Positions 1 through 12,630 of a stretch of DNA of 64,000 bases are shown here, one piece after another. The stretch's first letter is position 1. Each line of letters opens with the position of its first letter. The position numbers were made by a program, and so were the translations under genes. The notes under the pieces were generated by a model that was not told the origin of the DNA, searched no databases, and saw only the letters and a program-made list of their open reading frames with translations. The DNA is from Cetorhinus maximus (taxonomy: Eukaryota), in the NCBI RefSeq assembly GCF_964194155.1, contig NC_135886.1:31868001-31932000 (forward strand), read 5' to 3'.

Positions 1-607
1 GATCGATCCTTGGCCCTCCCTCTTTCTCATCTACATGTTGCCCCTCGGCAACATTATCTGAAAGCACAGCGTTTTCACATTTACACTGATGAAACCCATC
101 CCTACCTTACCACCATCTCCCTTGACTCCTCCAATGCTGCTAAATTATCAGACTGCTTATCTGACATCCAATATCCAATGAGTAGAAATTTCCTCCAACT
201 GAATATTGGGAAGACTGAAGTCATTGTTTTTGATCCCCACTCCGAACTCCATTTCCTAACTACTGACTCCATTTCTCTCCCTGGCAACAGTCTGTGATTA
301 AACCAGCTTGTTCATAAGTTTGGTGTCACATTTGGCTCAGGGTGAGCTTATAACTACATATTCATGCCATCTCAAAGTCTGCTGATTTCCAACTGCCCAA
401 CTTCACCCTGAATCAGCTCACCTGTTGCTGGAACCCTCATTCATGCCTTTGTTACCTCAAAATTTGATGATTCTAATGCACTCCTGGCCAATCTCCCACA
501 TTCTATCTTCCTTAAACTTGAGGTCATCCAAGACTCTGATGCTTATATCTTAACTCGCACTAAGTTTCATTCCCTCACTGACCTACACTGGCTCCTGGTC
601 CCACAAT
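1..607 (+). mobile_element. L2-clade LINE reverse transcriptase C-terminal remnant
   Basis: FHIYTDETHPYL (degenerate YADDTQLY), NFLQLNIGKTE, later LIHAFVTS and HWLLV motifs; interrupted by stops. Confidence 0.8.
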
Positions 608-1011
608 GGGTGGAATTGTCCCAGATTTGCACTAGGTGCAGTAACCGGCGGGTAAAACGACATTTTACCTGCCAGCCGCAATGGCGGGTTTTCACACTGT
701 ATCATCCCAAACCTGCCGCATTAGTTATGCACTCCTGGGAAACATGCCATTTCAATAGCGAGCGGGCTCTCATTCACCCGCCACGCCATCACCTCGCTGC
801 TTCATCAAGCCAAGCGCCATATTTCAAGTCAAGCCATGCGCACACATCTCAGTGCCTCCAACTCATGACTATTGCAGGGTAGATGTCCATGAAAGGCAAA
901 AAGACCGTAGCCCTCAGGTTTAGTGATGAGCCACTGGGATGCATACCCGATGCAATTTCATGTGCGTGCGGGTCGGGCACGCACCCGCCCAATCAACATA
1001 AAATTCTGGCC
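608..1011 (+). mobile_element. Short non-autonomous PIF/Harbinger derivative carrying the start of the Myb/SANT gene
   Basis: Ends GGGTGGAATT...AAATTCTGGCC with aat/tat flanks. 608-800 is an inverted homologue of ~62100-62294. ORF at 883 MSMKGKKTVALRFSD resembles KAKKMAAPKFSD near 62000. Confidence 0.7.
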
Positions 1012-1839
1012 TATGGATGGAGTTTGGTCCACACAGTTGTGTTATTGAGCAACCTTTTTAGTACTTTTATTGACTTTTTTTGTATGGTGACTAAGTGAAG
1101 AGATATAGCATATGTTTTGCTATATTGTTTGGATATAGCTTTATTTCTGTGCACTTAAACCCATTGTTATGAAATGATTTTAGTGTATTATGTTCCCTTT
1201 ACAGAATTCACCATTCCCTTGTTGGAATAGAGTGTCTAAGTGGAGAGGTATGGAGCAGTGCATTAGTCTTTTGTTTGCTTTTTACAGAGAAAATTTTCCA
1301 TTTCAAACCATAAGAAGTCGATGCTAGTAGTGGCGATTGTAATAGTGGAGTTGAGGGTGTAAGGATGTAGCATGGGTTCCTGTTTCAACTGAAGCAAAGA
1401 TGCAGAAATGGTGCATCAAGAAATTGAAAAGTTTTAACCAAGTTTCAAAAGGTTCAGTATTATTGTTATCATTAGACTTCATGGATTTTAGGTTCACTGG
1501 ATCTCTTGCTGAAGCAAAATAGCTGTCTGTGCATGTGCACTGGCCCACGCAGATGTCACTCTGCTCAGTCAGAAAGCAGTTAATTCTTGATTACACACAG
1601 GATATAATTCTGCTGCAATATGTTCCAGGCAAACAAGATGGTAGGTTATAATGCATTCAGTATTGAGTAATTGGGACAGACTTGGTTCGTGATCTAACTG
1701 AAATTTGAAAAGGAGAAACGAAACACAAATACTAATATCCTATAAGTATAAATTTAACGGGATGAGTTGCAGTGTAATCGCAAACAACTGGTAGGGAATG
1801 ATCATGAATTGAACATCTAAAGGTATCAATGCCGCAGCT

Positions 1840-2930
1840 TTAAACACTGTACGTCCCCACTGCCCCATACCCACTACCACCCAATTCCCCCTGCTCCGGT
1901 GCCCATTCCAGGTTCAGAAACTTTGCATCCAGGCTTGCACTAAAAGAGTAAATGTAGCGGAGAAAGCCCAGCTGAGGACTGCACCACCTCAGCATGGACA
2001 GCAGCAGTTTGGACTGGCTGGCTGACGGGCAAAAGCAAAGGCATAGGCAGAGTGGCAGCGGTGTCTTCCAGAGGGGGAACAATGGGTTCGTGCTCCAGGG
2101 ACTCACTGCCACTCCCCCAGGATGGTGCCTCAACAATCCTAGTAATCTGTTGGTAGACAGATTGCTGGTCTGCTGTGACACTCTGCAAGCCCCTTTGCAC
2201 ACTATAATTCACAGTCATGCTGGAAGCAGCCTGAGAGAAAACTGACCTTCTGACTCAGATATTGGGTGGCTGCTGCTTATGCTGTAATGGAAGCTGAGAC
2301 ATCAGCTGTTGCTGTTGCATCATGATCAGGTGCACAAGTGGGCGAATGGAGTTGGCCTTCACTCCCTCCTGGAAAGGGTGGTTTTCAAGTTCTGTGCAAA
2401 GCCCTATGCCAAGTTGGTGCTGGACTCCTCCATGCTCTTTGACATGACTGTGGTCTTTCTAGCAGGCTTCCCAATGCAACAAGCATATTGTGGTGCATAG
2501 CCATCAGTGTTCCCCTGTAGGCCTTCCTGTTGAAATCCCAATCAGAGTCCTCTGATGCAGCCTTGTCCTTCAATTAACTGGCACCTGTACAATCCTTGCC
2601 AATTGCTCCGGCTGCTGTCACTCATTGCCTGTGTCTCATCAGGTCCAGATCCCATCTCTAACCTATCCTTCTAGATATGCACAGTGTATCTAAGCTTCTG
2701 ACTGCAAGCGTGAAATCAAGTGATGGCGTGTCTCCCACTATCATTCTCTCCACTGCCTGACCAGCCCATTGCAGCTCTACTTTGAGAAGCGCAGGTTCGT
2801 TTTAAGCAATGGTGGTAGCCACTCATGCTATTGGCCTCCTGCTGATGCATATAGCCAATGAACGGTGCAGTTAGTGCTGTCTGGACAGCAAGATCATTCA
2901 AATAAGCAGGCAGGGTGAAGTTGGTTTGCT
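1840..2930 (-). mobile_element. Decayed Harbinger remnant (C-terminal part of Myb/SANT partner gene)
   Basis: Peptide LQSVTADQQSVYQQITRIVEAP parallels LQGVTAHQQSVLRHIMRNAEVP at 8705-9007. DNA at 2390-2700 is similar to 9160-9520 and 25350-25620. Confidence 0.6.
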
Positions 2931-2945
2931 GCATGCAGCAATGAT

Positions 2946-3430
2946 CAACAACAACAACATATTTATATTGTGCTTTTAATGTACTAAGAATGTCCTGAGG
3001 CACTTAGGGCCAGTAGTCTAAAGCTTAGTCAAAGAGGCAGGTTTTAAGGAGTGTTTTAAAAGAGGAAAAAGACGTAATAAGGCAGAGAGCTTTAGGGAAG
3101 GAATCCCAGAACTTAGGACTTAGACAGCTGAAGCTATGGCAACCAATGGCAGAGCAACTAAAATTGAGGACGCTCCAGAGGCTGGAATTGGATGCACGGA
3201 TATCTCAGCGGGCTGTGGATTTAGAGGAGATTACAAAGAGGAAGGGAGGAGATCATGGGGGAACTTGAAAATAAGGATGAGTTTTTTCAAATTGAAAGGT
3301 TGCGTGACTGGGAGTCGATGTAGGTCAGCATGCACAGGGGTCATAAACAGAACTTGGCGCAAGTAAGGACACAGGCAGCAGCTTTGGAGTACCTGAAGTT
3401 AGCACTGGGTATAACATGGGAGGGCAGGCG
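2946..3430 (-). mobile_element. L2 LINE 3' end remnant
   Basis: (aac)n tail followed by tatttatat..., tagtcaaagaggcaggttttaaggagtg; the same terminal pattern occurs at ~63860. Confidence 0.6.
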
Positions 3431-6400
3431 ACATTGCAATCAAAAGATGCAGGTAAATCATGCATTGCGATTCAGCAACCATTTTCAGAGACTACCAATT
3501 TGTCCCATGGGACTCAAATCCAAAGGATTCAGCCTTGTAATGTAATTGTTATTTCCTCCACTATCACAGTGCTATTACATATATCTAACTTTTTATCATT
3601 ACCCTTCTCATCTATTGACATTGGCTTAGGCACTCAATACAAACTACTTATTTGTCAGTGATGTTAGCAGGCCCACGCTCAACAGGTGCTCTATAATAAT
3701 CCTTTGTCCCCTATTTTAGTGGGGGTGTTAAAATGGATGATTAATGTTTTTGTTAAAATAGTGGAGAAAAGATTGCAATAAAAACATAGTGGCTTATAAG
3801 TTGGATTGTGGCAGAGCCGTTTCTCAGGCATTAAATGGATGCCTAAGGGTTCAATGTGACAGGCAGTACTTGTGCACCTAAATCAGAACTGCTGTATTTG
3901 GTTGGCCACCCCTGTAGGCGTCCAGGATGTGCACCAGATGTTTTCAGAAAGTTCATTATTATTTGAAAATAAGAGCCCTACACTGGTTTTAGACGAACTG
4001 GGGCAATTCGGTTCAGATGGCCGTGTAGCACTGACAAAAGCATTTAAAGAGCATGTGCTAATTTTGCAATCATGAGAGAGGATATTAATAGCCTCTTCCA
4101 TGGAGCTAAGGCCACTCTACTGGGCACCTCATCACTCCTCCTGTTCTGTGCGAGCAGAGTTCAGGAGTGATGAGATGTTCTGCAAGCCCCTTTCAATTTG
4201 GGCTGCAAAACCAAGGTGGTATCATCTGAGCTTCCATGGAAGCATCGTGAGCTTTCTTTCAAGGTGTTGCCTGAAGAGCTCTTGGTGGTGGCGGTGGTGA
4301 GGTGAGGGGTGGTAGGCGGAACTAGGACTATCCTTCACTTGTTGACCACCTACACAATTGCCTCTATAGAGTCTGGATGCCCTTTCTGGAACACTGCCTG
4401 CTAGTTTCCAACATTTCCTGCTGTCTGCAGCTGCACTGCACCTCACTTTAAGAAGTGCAGGCCGTATTTAGATGGTGTTGGTGACACTGAATTTCCAACA
4501 ACACCCCCACCTCAAAAGAGGCACGTAACCAATAAGCAATATGAGTAGAGCCGCACAACTGTCTCATTACAATTAACTGCAAACAGGTGGAAAGGTGCAT
4601 GCAGCCCCCACCCCTCCTTCTGATGCTAGTATTCAGGCACAATCTGGTTTCTAGGCCTTTCCGTTTACTAATATTGGCAACAGTAACTTCCGGGTTTCTA
4701 TATCCTGAGAGATAGTTCAGTATCATGAAATATGTGTCGCTTCTCAATTTAAACTGGTGTTTCAACCTTCTACCTAGGATGCCCTGACACGAGGAATCAT
4801 TGCTTCAGTTGTGTGTTTGTTTGTATGCTCGTCTGCACAATTGAAATTATTCATAGTGTTTGGACAAATCTGCTCACCACATGCTTTGCTCGGGATTCTT
4901 TAGGGTCACTTGGTGTTCTTTATGTAGTCTTTCCAAACATTTCAGAATACAATGCTGTACGAATGATCATCTTGAACTATCACTTAACCTGCCATGGCAC
5001 AGTATGGTGTTAGTTTGTTATCTAGCCTTGATTTTGCTGGTTGACTCTGGTTGCATTGTTCCTGGATCAGCTTATGGATACCTTCTTCTTGAAAAGCTAC
5101 TTTGCTGTGGATGGAGAGCTTTGTAAAGAATGGAACCATTTCTATTTGAAAGCCTCACACTGTTTTAGATCCTCCTGTCACCAGAACACATGATATACTG
5201 ATACCGCCCTTTTCCTTGGCACATTAGTAATTCTATAGAAGAATCTTACGAGAGGTAGATCGAACTTTTGTACACCAGGAGGAAATTAGTCTACATTTTA
5301 ATGGTCCAGTGGAATTGGCTGATGGTCAGTATCAAAATGGAAATGTTTTTAAATAAAATACTTATGAATTATCTGACATGCTCAAGTAAGCACAAGTTTC
5401 TTTATCCATTTGTGCATATGTTCCTTCCATGATATTTAATCATGGAGACTATATTACTGGTAGAATGACACCATTCCATTGAGTCATAGTTTTCCATTGA
5501 GATATTGGCCTTGATTTTAACCTGGGGCTAGACTGGTGCATGTTGGGGCCTGGACCATCCCCCTGCAGTAAAATGCTGGGAAAATTTTGACCTAGAAATT
5601 TGATAACACTATATCCAGCTTTATGCATGCAACCTGATCTACATGTGTAAAGCGGGACTCCATTGCCTCCTAGTGGGTATCCCATGTCTGCTAAAAACAA
5701 TAGATTAATATTAAATACCGCAGCAAATCAATTGGATTTGGGTGGTAAAACGTTGCCCATATTTTATCCACTCCCGGCCCAGTTTCTGTCAGGCAGGGAG
5801 AGTTAAAATTGAGATCCTTGCTTTTTCTCACATGGCCACATCAACAACTGGATATTCTAACATTTCCCTTAACCTTGAGTGTTCTTCTTCAGGGGTTAAC
5901 AGGTTTGTGGACTGTGAACAAGATTTATTACTCCCCCTAGTTAAGGGTAGATTAAAATTCACTCCAAGCTCAACCTCGAGGAAGACGTTACTTTTCCTAC
6001 AGAATGTTAAATACATGTAATAGACTGCAATTGTCATCATTGCATCAGTGAACATAAGAAAAAAACAAGTTTTATAAATATCCAATAAAGAATGGAATGC
6101 TTTGTCAAGCATGGAGCCGCTTCCATTTGAAAGCCTCATGCTGCTTTAGATCTTCCTGACACCACTTATGAAGTATCTGACATGCCCAAGTAAGCACAAG
6201 CTTCTTTATCCACTAGTGCATATGTTCCTTCCATGATATTTAATAATCAAGGAAGGTATGGAAAGTACAGTTAGAGATAAACAAATGCAATGGCAAATGC
6301 GATAATTCTTGAGTTAAGAGACAAGAAGGGAATGGGGCTGACTGGATTGTTCTACATGACATAAAGGGCTGAATTGCCTCCTTCTGTTCCATTATGACTC

Positions 6401-6710
6401 CATGACATCAGTAAGTAATATCAGGGAAAAGACTAGTTAAGATCAACAATGTAGTTTGTAAAATTGTAATGTAAGCTGCAAAATTAAACAGATATTCTGG
6501 CGTTATCTTAGTTTACATTTGGAGGCCAAGGAGAAAACGCAGAACATTTTCTCTGGGAAATGGTTTGAATAGTGGTCCAAGTTTAGTGGATCGTACAAAG
6601 TCTTTGGAAGAGGTAAGTTTGATTAGTCAGTCGGTCTTTTCACATTGGATGTCTCTTACATTAAAGAAAGGAACAATAGTTATTAAAATAATATGGACAC
6701 TTTTAAGATT

Positions 6711-6730
6711 GTGCCACTAGGTGGCACTAG
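6711..6730 (+). promoter_or_regulatory. Candidate CTCF binding site
   Basis: GTGCCACTAGGTGGCACTAG fits the CTCF core CCAC(C/T)AG(G/A)(G/T)GGC(G/A)CTA at all positions; lies in otherwise AT-rich, apparently unique sequence. Confidence 0.6.
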
Positions 6731-7779
6731 CCTATTTGGTAAATAATGCAGTTTATCCTATTTGTAAAGCACATTGAAAATAATTAGGGATGGAACACCA
6801 ACTCATGCAATATTTCTCTTCATTCTTGACTACTTGAATCCATCGTTGAAGCCTTGTAAATGATGCCTGGGCATCTAAATGGAGTCTTAGCTTTCTAGAT
6901 CTAACTATTATTCTGAAGTGCGTTATTCTACTCCCAAAATGCATCATGACGAGTGGTGAGGCTGAGACAGGTTGCAATGTGAGGAATGTCACAGAAGTGC
7001 ATAAACACAGAGATATGAAAAAATACAACACTATCACCCCATTGTTCTCATCAGCTGCTGGCCGATAACTATTTGTATGTAATGTCTAAATTGACAAGGT
7101 ATGGAATGGCCTTGGGTCTCCTCCAAAGCACAGTGAGTCCTGCCTTGAAAATGTGTACTTGGTTGCAGTTTGCTTTCTGATTGATACTAGGCAGCTCAGA
7201 ACTTTATACACAGTGGTAATGATTGCTTTAGCTGCTGAACTGGCCTGTAGATTTTCAGTTAATCTGATCAATAACTTGTGACAGGTTCTACTGACACTGG
7301 GAGTGACATCAGTTTGTCATCACCTTTGATTTGATAGCTTGAAACCTGACTAGTTAATGGGTTGGAAAACATGACAGGGGAATTCAGATCCATCTTAAAT
7401 TATTATAGGTGAGAAGAACCATCCCTCTAGGGGAAAATTGCTTGTTCTTTCTGCATTCTGCAATTAAATGCCACAGTGAATGGAGAAATATCTGTATGTG
7501 GATCAAACTTCCTCACACAGTTTCATTTAATGAGGCTTGTTTTCAAGTGAAGATCTCTGGAGTTCTATGGAAGCACAGCAGTGTGATTTTTTTGATGTGG
7601 AGGTCTGTTCTGAGTGAAAAGTTGCTCCTTCTATTAAGTTTAATTTGGACTGCTCATGTTTTCAAGACTTCCCCACATTGACTACACACAAAATATCTTT
7701 CAATATCGGTGCAGTTTTGGAGTTCGACACTACAGTCAATACTCTCCCTTAACGTTGCACAAGTAATTATGTAGCAGGA

Positions 7780-10600
7780 TGGAAACACTGCTGGTGCTGT
7801 TTAAAGGAATCATCAACTCCTAGTTTTACTACCAGATATCTTCTGGTTGTTGCATTGATTTTACAAGTGTTTGGTGCTTTCTGTATTTGTTACAAATTGC
7901 AGAAGTTGAGAGGGAGTGGGGTGGCAGATGCTGGAGGACTTTTTGTTGACTTCAAGGCTTCGGCACAAATCAGTTGTTCCCAGATATGGATGGATTAGTA
8001 GGTGTTCCCCTTGGAATATAGCATGACTTGGAGAATGAATAGAACACACACAGAGCAGGACAAACTGCTGGAAGAGGGAGGAAAAGGAGGGGGAGAAGGG
8101 CTTTCAGCAGGCGGCTTTATCCATCCAGGGTCTTCAGGGAGCAGTTCTTTTATTTGAAGCTCAGTGCGAAACAACATGTGAGACATCTGCACCTCACTAA
8201 GGACATCTGCATTGAAATCTGTCACCTGCTGCAGCCACAGCAACAATCTCAGAGCAGGACAAGGAAGATATTGCCAGTGACTTTGAAGGTTACCATAGTA
8301 ATGAATTTTAATGCACTTGGTTCCTTCCAGATTGGAGCTGAAGATATTTGTAATATCTCACAGTTTGCTGACCAATGTTGTATATGAGAGGTCACTAAGG
8401 CTCTTTGTTCAATAAGAGCTAATTACATTTCATTCTCTCTTGTCAGAGACCACCGTGTGGAATGGCTTTGCCAGGATTCCAGGCTTGCCCACATTGCAGG
8501 GTGCCACATTGATTGTATGCACATCACTTTCTGGGCATCACATGTCAACTCTGCCCTAAATTGGAACCAAAAGGGATTCCAGTCCATAGGCAGCGAATCA
8601 TGCAGGTCTGTGCCTAGTATCCTGGCAGCAGTCATGATGCCTTCATTACTGTGGCAGTCCACTGTGCCAGCCACATTTGAGCCACCATAACAAACTACAG
8701 GTGGCTACTGGGTGCCAAGGGCTATCATCAGAGGACTGCACCAGCTCACCATGGGCTGGCTGACTGAGAGGCAACAGCAAAGGCACCTGTGGAGTTGCAG
8801 GATTGGGAGGGTGAATGCTGTCTTCTTGAAAGAGAGCAGTAGGTTTGTGATCCTTGGAGCTATTGCCATTCCTTGTAGTGGCACCTCAGCATTCCTCATG
8901 ATGTGCCGCAGGACAGATTGCTGGTGTGCTGTGACACCCTGCAAGCGCCTTTGAGCACCATAGCCATGATGGCACCTGTCTGAGTTGACATGGCAGCAAG
9001 CTAACATTCCATAACTTCATTCTGAACTTCCGCTGCAACATGCAGATGTTAAATGCTCGCTGTTTGTGCTGCAATGGAAGTTGCAACCTCGGGCATCAAA
9101 CTGTGCATCATGGTTGGTTCCACAGTGTGTTGATGGAGTTGCCCACTGGAAAGGATGAGCTCTAAGCCTTGCACAAAGCTTTCTGCCAAGCTGGTGTTGG
9201 ACTCTTTCATCCTCCCTCACATCGACCGCAGGCTTTCTGGCAAGTTTCCCGATGCACCAAGCATTTTGTTGTGCATACCCACCAGTGTTCTTCGATATGT
9301 TGTCCCATCATTTTTTTTTCTGAGTCCCCCCCATCATCTGAATCCTCTGCAGCAGAACCCCTGTGTAACCTCGCCCTCTGGAAAGCTGGCATCTGCACTA
9401 TCATTCCCCCCCACCCCACCTTATCCCCAGGCTTGCTTGCAGCCTAATTGTGTACAGTGTCTCACCACAGGGAGATCCTGCCACTAATCAGCCTCTAAGA
9501 TATGCACAGTGTCAAATATCTGAAACAGTGACTGTGACTGTCAAATCAAGTTATGGCACTGTGTATTCATCATCACTCTTCTTGCTAATCGTCTGTGGCT
9601 TGCACCTCTTGGGTATCTCAGAAAAAAGGCACAAGGAAGAGGAGAAAGTGAAAGGTGCATGCATACAGGAGTTGCAACTTGTAAATCAGAGGAGAGTTTG
9701 CAATCAAGGGGGAGGTGCAATATGTGAGGGAGAATTAGGTATGAGCATACTGTAATCTTTAATGGTTTCAGCTTCACCAATGGTCATCCCCTCTGCAATG
9801 GGCATCTCTGTGATTGCCCTCTTACCATGCGGGTTAGAGCATGCAAGCACCCTTGTCCCCGTCTGATTAGTTCTTGTTCTCAGTGAGTGCTGTGCAATCT
9901 GTTTTGTTGTTGTGGTTGTCATGGTTGAATAGCTAACAGTTTGTACAAGCTGCAAGATGTGTAATGCAGTCATACTAAATATCTGACGGGGATCTGAAGT
10001 ATATGAATGTTAAGTATGAGGCTTGCTTAATAGAGGTTGTTGGTAGGTGAGTAATGGAGGTGCGGTGATTTGAGCAGTGGTTGAAGCTATTGGTACAGTT
10101 GGTAGGATATGCCATTTGAAGATGCATTCGCTGAGTTTGACCACTTGTGTGAGGCCATTGAATTTCTTGCTCCAGTGCACTGAGGTCAACAGTGTCTGGC
10201 TTCTGGCATTGACCTTCATGGTTATATGCCCCCCCAGCTGCCTTTTGAACATGTACCTGAGGATCTCCTAGCTCTTTGTGGATGCAAGACATCTCCGCTC
10301 CTTTCCACCTCCTCTACCTATAACTCCAGCATTTGAATACCTTAGAGTCTCCCAAGTTGTGCCATTTCCTTACTCTTTCCCACACTCTCCAACCTGATAC
10401 CTGTTCAAGCCAAAATCAATCTCCCTTTTAAGAGGCACAGGCTGGCTTTCAGCAGTGAGATATTGGCCCCCTGCCGATGTGTCTAGCCAATACGCAGTGT
10501 GATTAGTGTTGATTTGACACACAAACCATGGAAATGGGCAGGCAGCATGAAATTGACTGGCTGTCTGTATTGTGACCATGAGTGCTTTTTTGGGGGTTAT
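7780..10600 (+). mobile_element. Old PIF/Harbinger element: transposase pseudogene (+, ~8050-8720) and convergent Myb/SANT pseudogene (-, ~10330-8720)
   Basis: EICHLLQPQ...LPVTLKVTIVMNFNALGSFQIGAEDICNISQ and GCHIDCMHI are HARBI1-like motifs. Minus strand KVNARSQTLLTSVHWSKKFNGLTQVVK resembles the end of a Myb/SANT-like (NAIF1-type) domain. Confidence 0.75.
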
Positions 10601-12024
10601 CCAATTTAGTGCTCACATCATGCATTTTGCAGGTACAACAAAAACCATATTTTTGGGGTATTGTTTGCTTTTCATGCACTTAGACCCCCCATTGGTTAGA
10701 GCTTTTTTATTGAACTGTCACTCCCAGAATATACAATCCCTGGATAAATACGTTGATGCTGTAGTGAAATAGGCGAAAGACTTTTATCATTCCATTCCAT
10801 TTGCCAGAGGAAAAGCAACAATAATTGATAGTTGTTCTCTGAATACTGTACCCACCAGACATAGAAAATAATTTTAACAACATTTATTGGAAGGATAGAT
10901 TGTCTTTTTCACTAATGTAGCCAATAAAATGCTACACCATATAATAAACAACTTGATCTAACTCTCCAAGTTTCCATCAAGTGACTTAAAATGTTCAATT
11001 TAATATTCAGATTTATTATACATAAAATATCCTGACCTGAAGAGCTCCAAATAGTTACCCACTTTGGCCACTTACACTGCAAGGTGTTGAATGCCAAAAG
11101 CAGTGAAGATTTTATATGATTAGAGTGCTTTAGATCTGGGAACTAATCAAAAAAATAGAGCCCAGTTGTAGATCTTAACAACAGCCTTGAGATTACCAAC
11201 AATTAATGTGATGTAGCATTACTTGAATATTGAATACAGACGCTAGCTTTGCACAAGCATGTTAATGAAACCCAAAGCTCTGTGTACTTAATACAAAAAT
11301 GAAACAAATGTTCATAGAGGGATAGCATCCTGTAGAAAGAAATGGCCAAAGATATGAAATTTGATAAACAATTTTATACCATGATAAAAACATTGACTTG
11401 AAAATTGCTGGGTATGATATTATAAGAATCATTAGACTGTATCAAATTCCCAAGTTCATTATTTTAATGGAGGCACAAACCCATCTATAAGAGATAGGTT
11501 TCTGTTAAAATAATAGAAAAAAGAACTTGATACAAACATATGCAGCAGATGCATGGCACACATTGCCTACAGAAATGTTGAACTGACTTGTCAGATTTGT
11601 AATCCTGCAATAAAATAGTGGTATTATCAGATTATTTAATCTAATTTCCCAGTGTTGGGAAAAATGTAATCCTTTCATTATTAAAGAGGCATTCTCAGCA
11701 TAGTAAAATAGATGTTTTTCTATATGAAGGAATGCAGGGTGATGTAATGGTGTAAAGTGGTGTCCTAGGCCCAACCACCTCCAGCTGCTTCATTTGAGAT
11801 TGCGATTTGAGATTGAAAATGAGAAAATTTTATTGGATGCAATCTGTTGAATCTCTAATGCATCGATTACAACTATATACTGAATAAACATGGAAATAAT
11901 AGAAGTTTTATGCTTTCTTTTTCATGTGGAACTCCAGAATTAAACAGTACTCTGGAACAGTTATTTAAGTTGTTTTGTTGGCTGTTTCACGTATTAGTCA
12001 TGGACAGACATTATCAAAAACCAA

Positions 12025-12630
12025 TCTTCTTCTTCTTCTTCCTCTCTTCCTCCTCCTCCTTCCTCCCATCATTCTTGAAGTTGCCACAATGCTGATTGAT
12101 CACCCTTCTCCATGACCTCCTGTCAGTCACCTATTCCTCTTCCAATTCTGTATCAAAGTGCGTTTAAGTCTTTCGCCACTGCATCTTTCCATCTGGTCTT
12201 GGGCCCCCTCTTCTCCTTCATCTTGGCAGTCACATGTCCATCACTCACCTGACCACATGTATCCTCTCTCCACAACATATGACCATACCACTTCAATCTC
12301 TTCTCAGCTACTTTCTTTGATGCTCCCACAATCTTCACTGACCCCTTGATGTACTGGTTCCAGATTGTGTCCTTTCTTCTCACTCCACACATCCATCTCA
12401 GCATCTGGATCTCATTAATATCTAATCATCATTCCTCTCTTCTTGACGTTGCCCAAATTTCTGCGCTAGAATATAAGGCCAGTCTCGCAACTGTCTTGTA
12501 GATTCCTCCTTTCGGTTTCAGTGATATTTTTCTGTCACATAACACTCCACTGCACTTTTTCCAATTACTCCAAACAGAGCTAAATTGTTGCTTAATTTCC
12601 ATTTCCAAACTTCCATCTTCTGCCACTATG
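12025..12630 (-). mobile_element. RTE-clade LINE 3' fragment with (GAA)n tail
   Basis: WKKCSGVLCDRKISLKPKGGIYKTV and LRWMCGVRRKDTIWNQYIKG...RLKWYGHM; (ttc)n microsatellite at ~12025-12041. Confidence 0.85.

Noticed and set aside
3700-4700. Additional Harbinger-like remnant
   Set aside because: Faint resemblance only; too decayed to assign boundaries or family.
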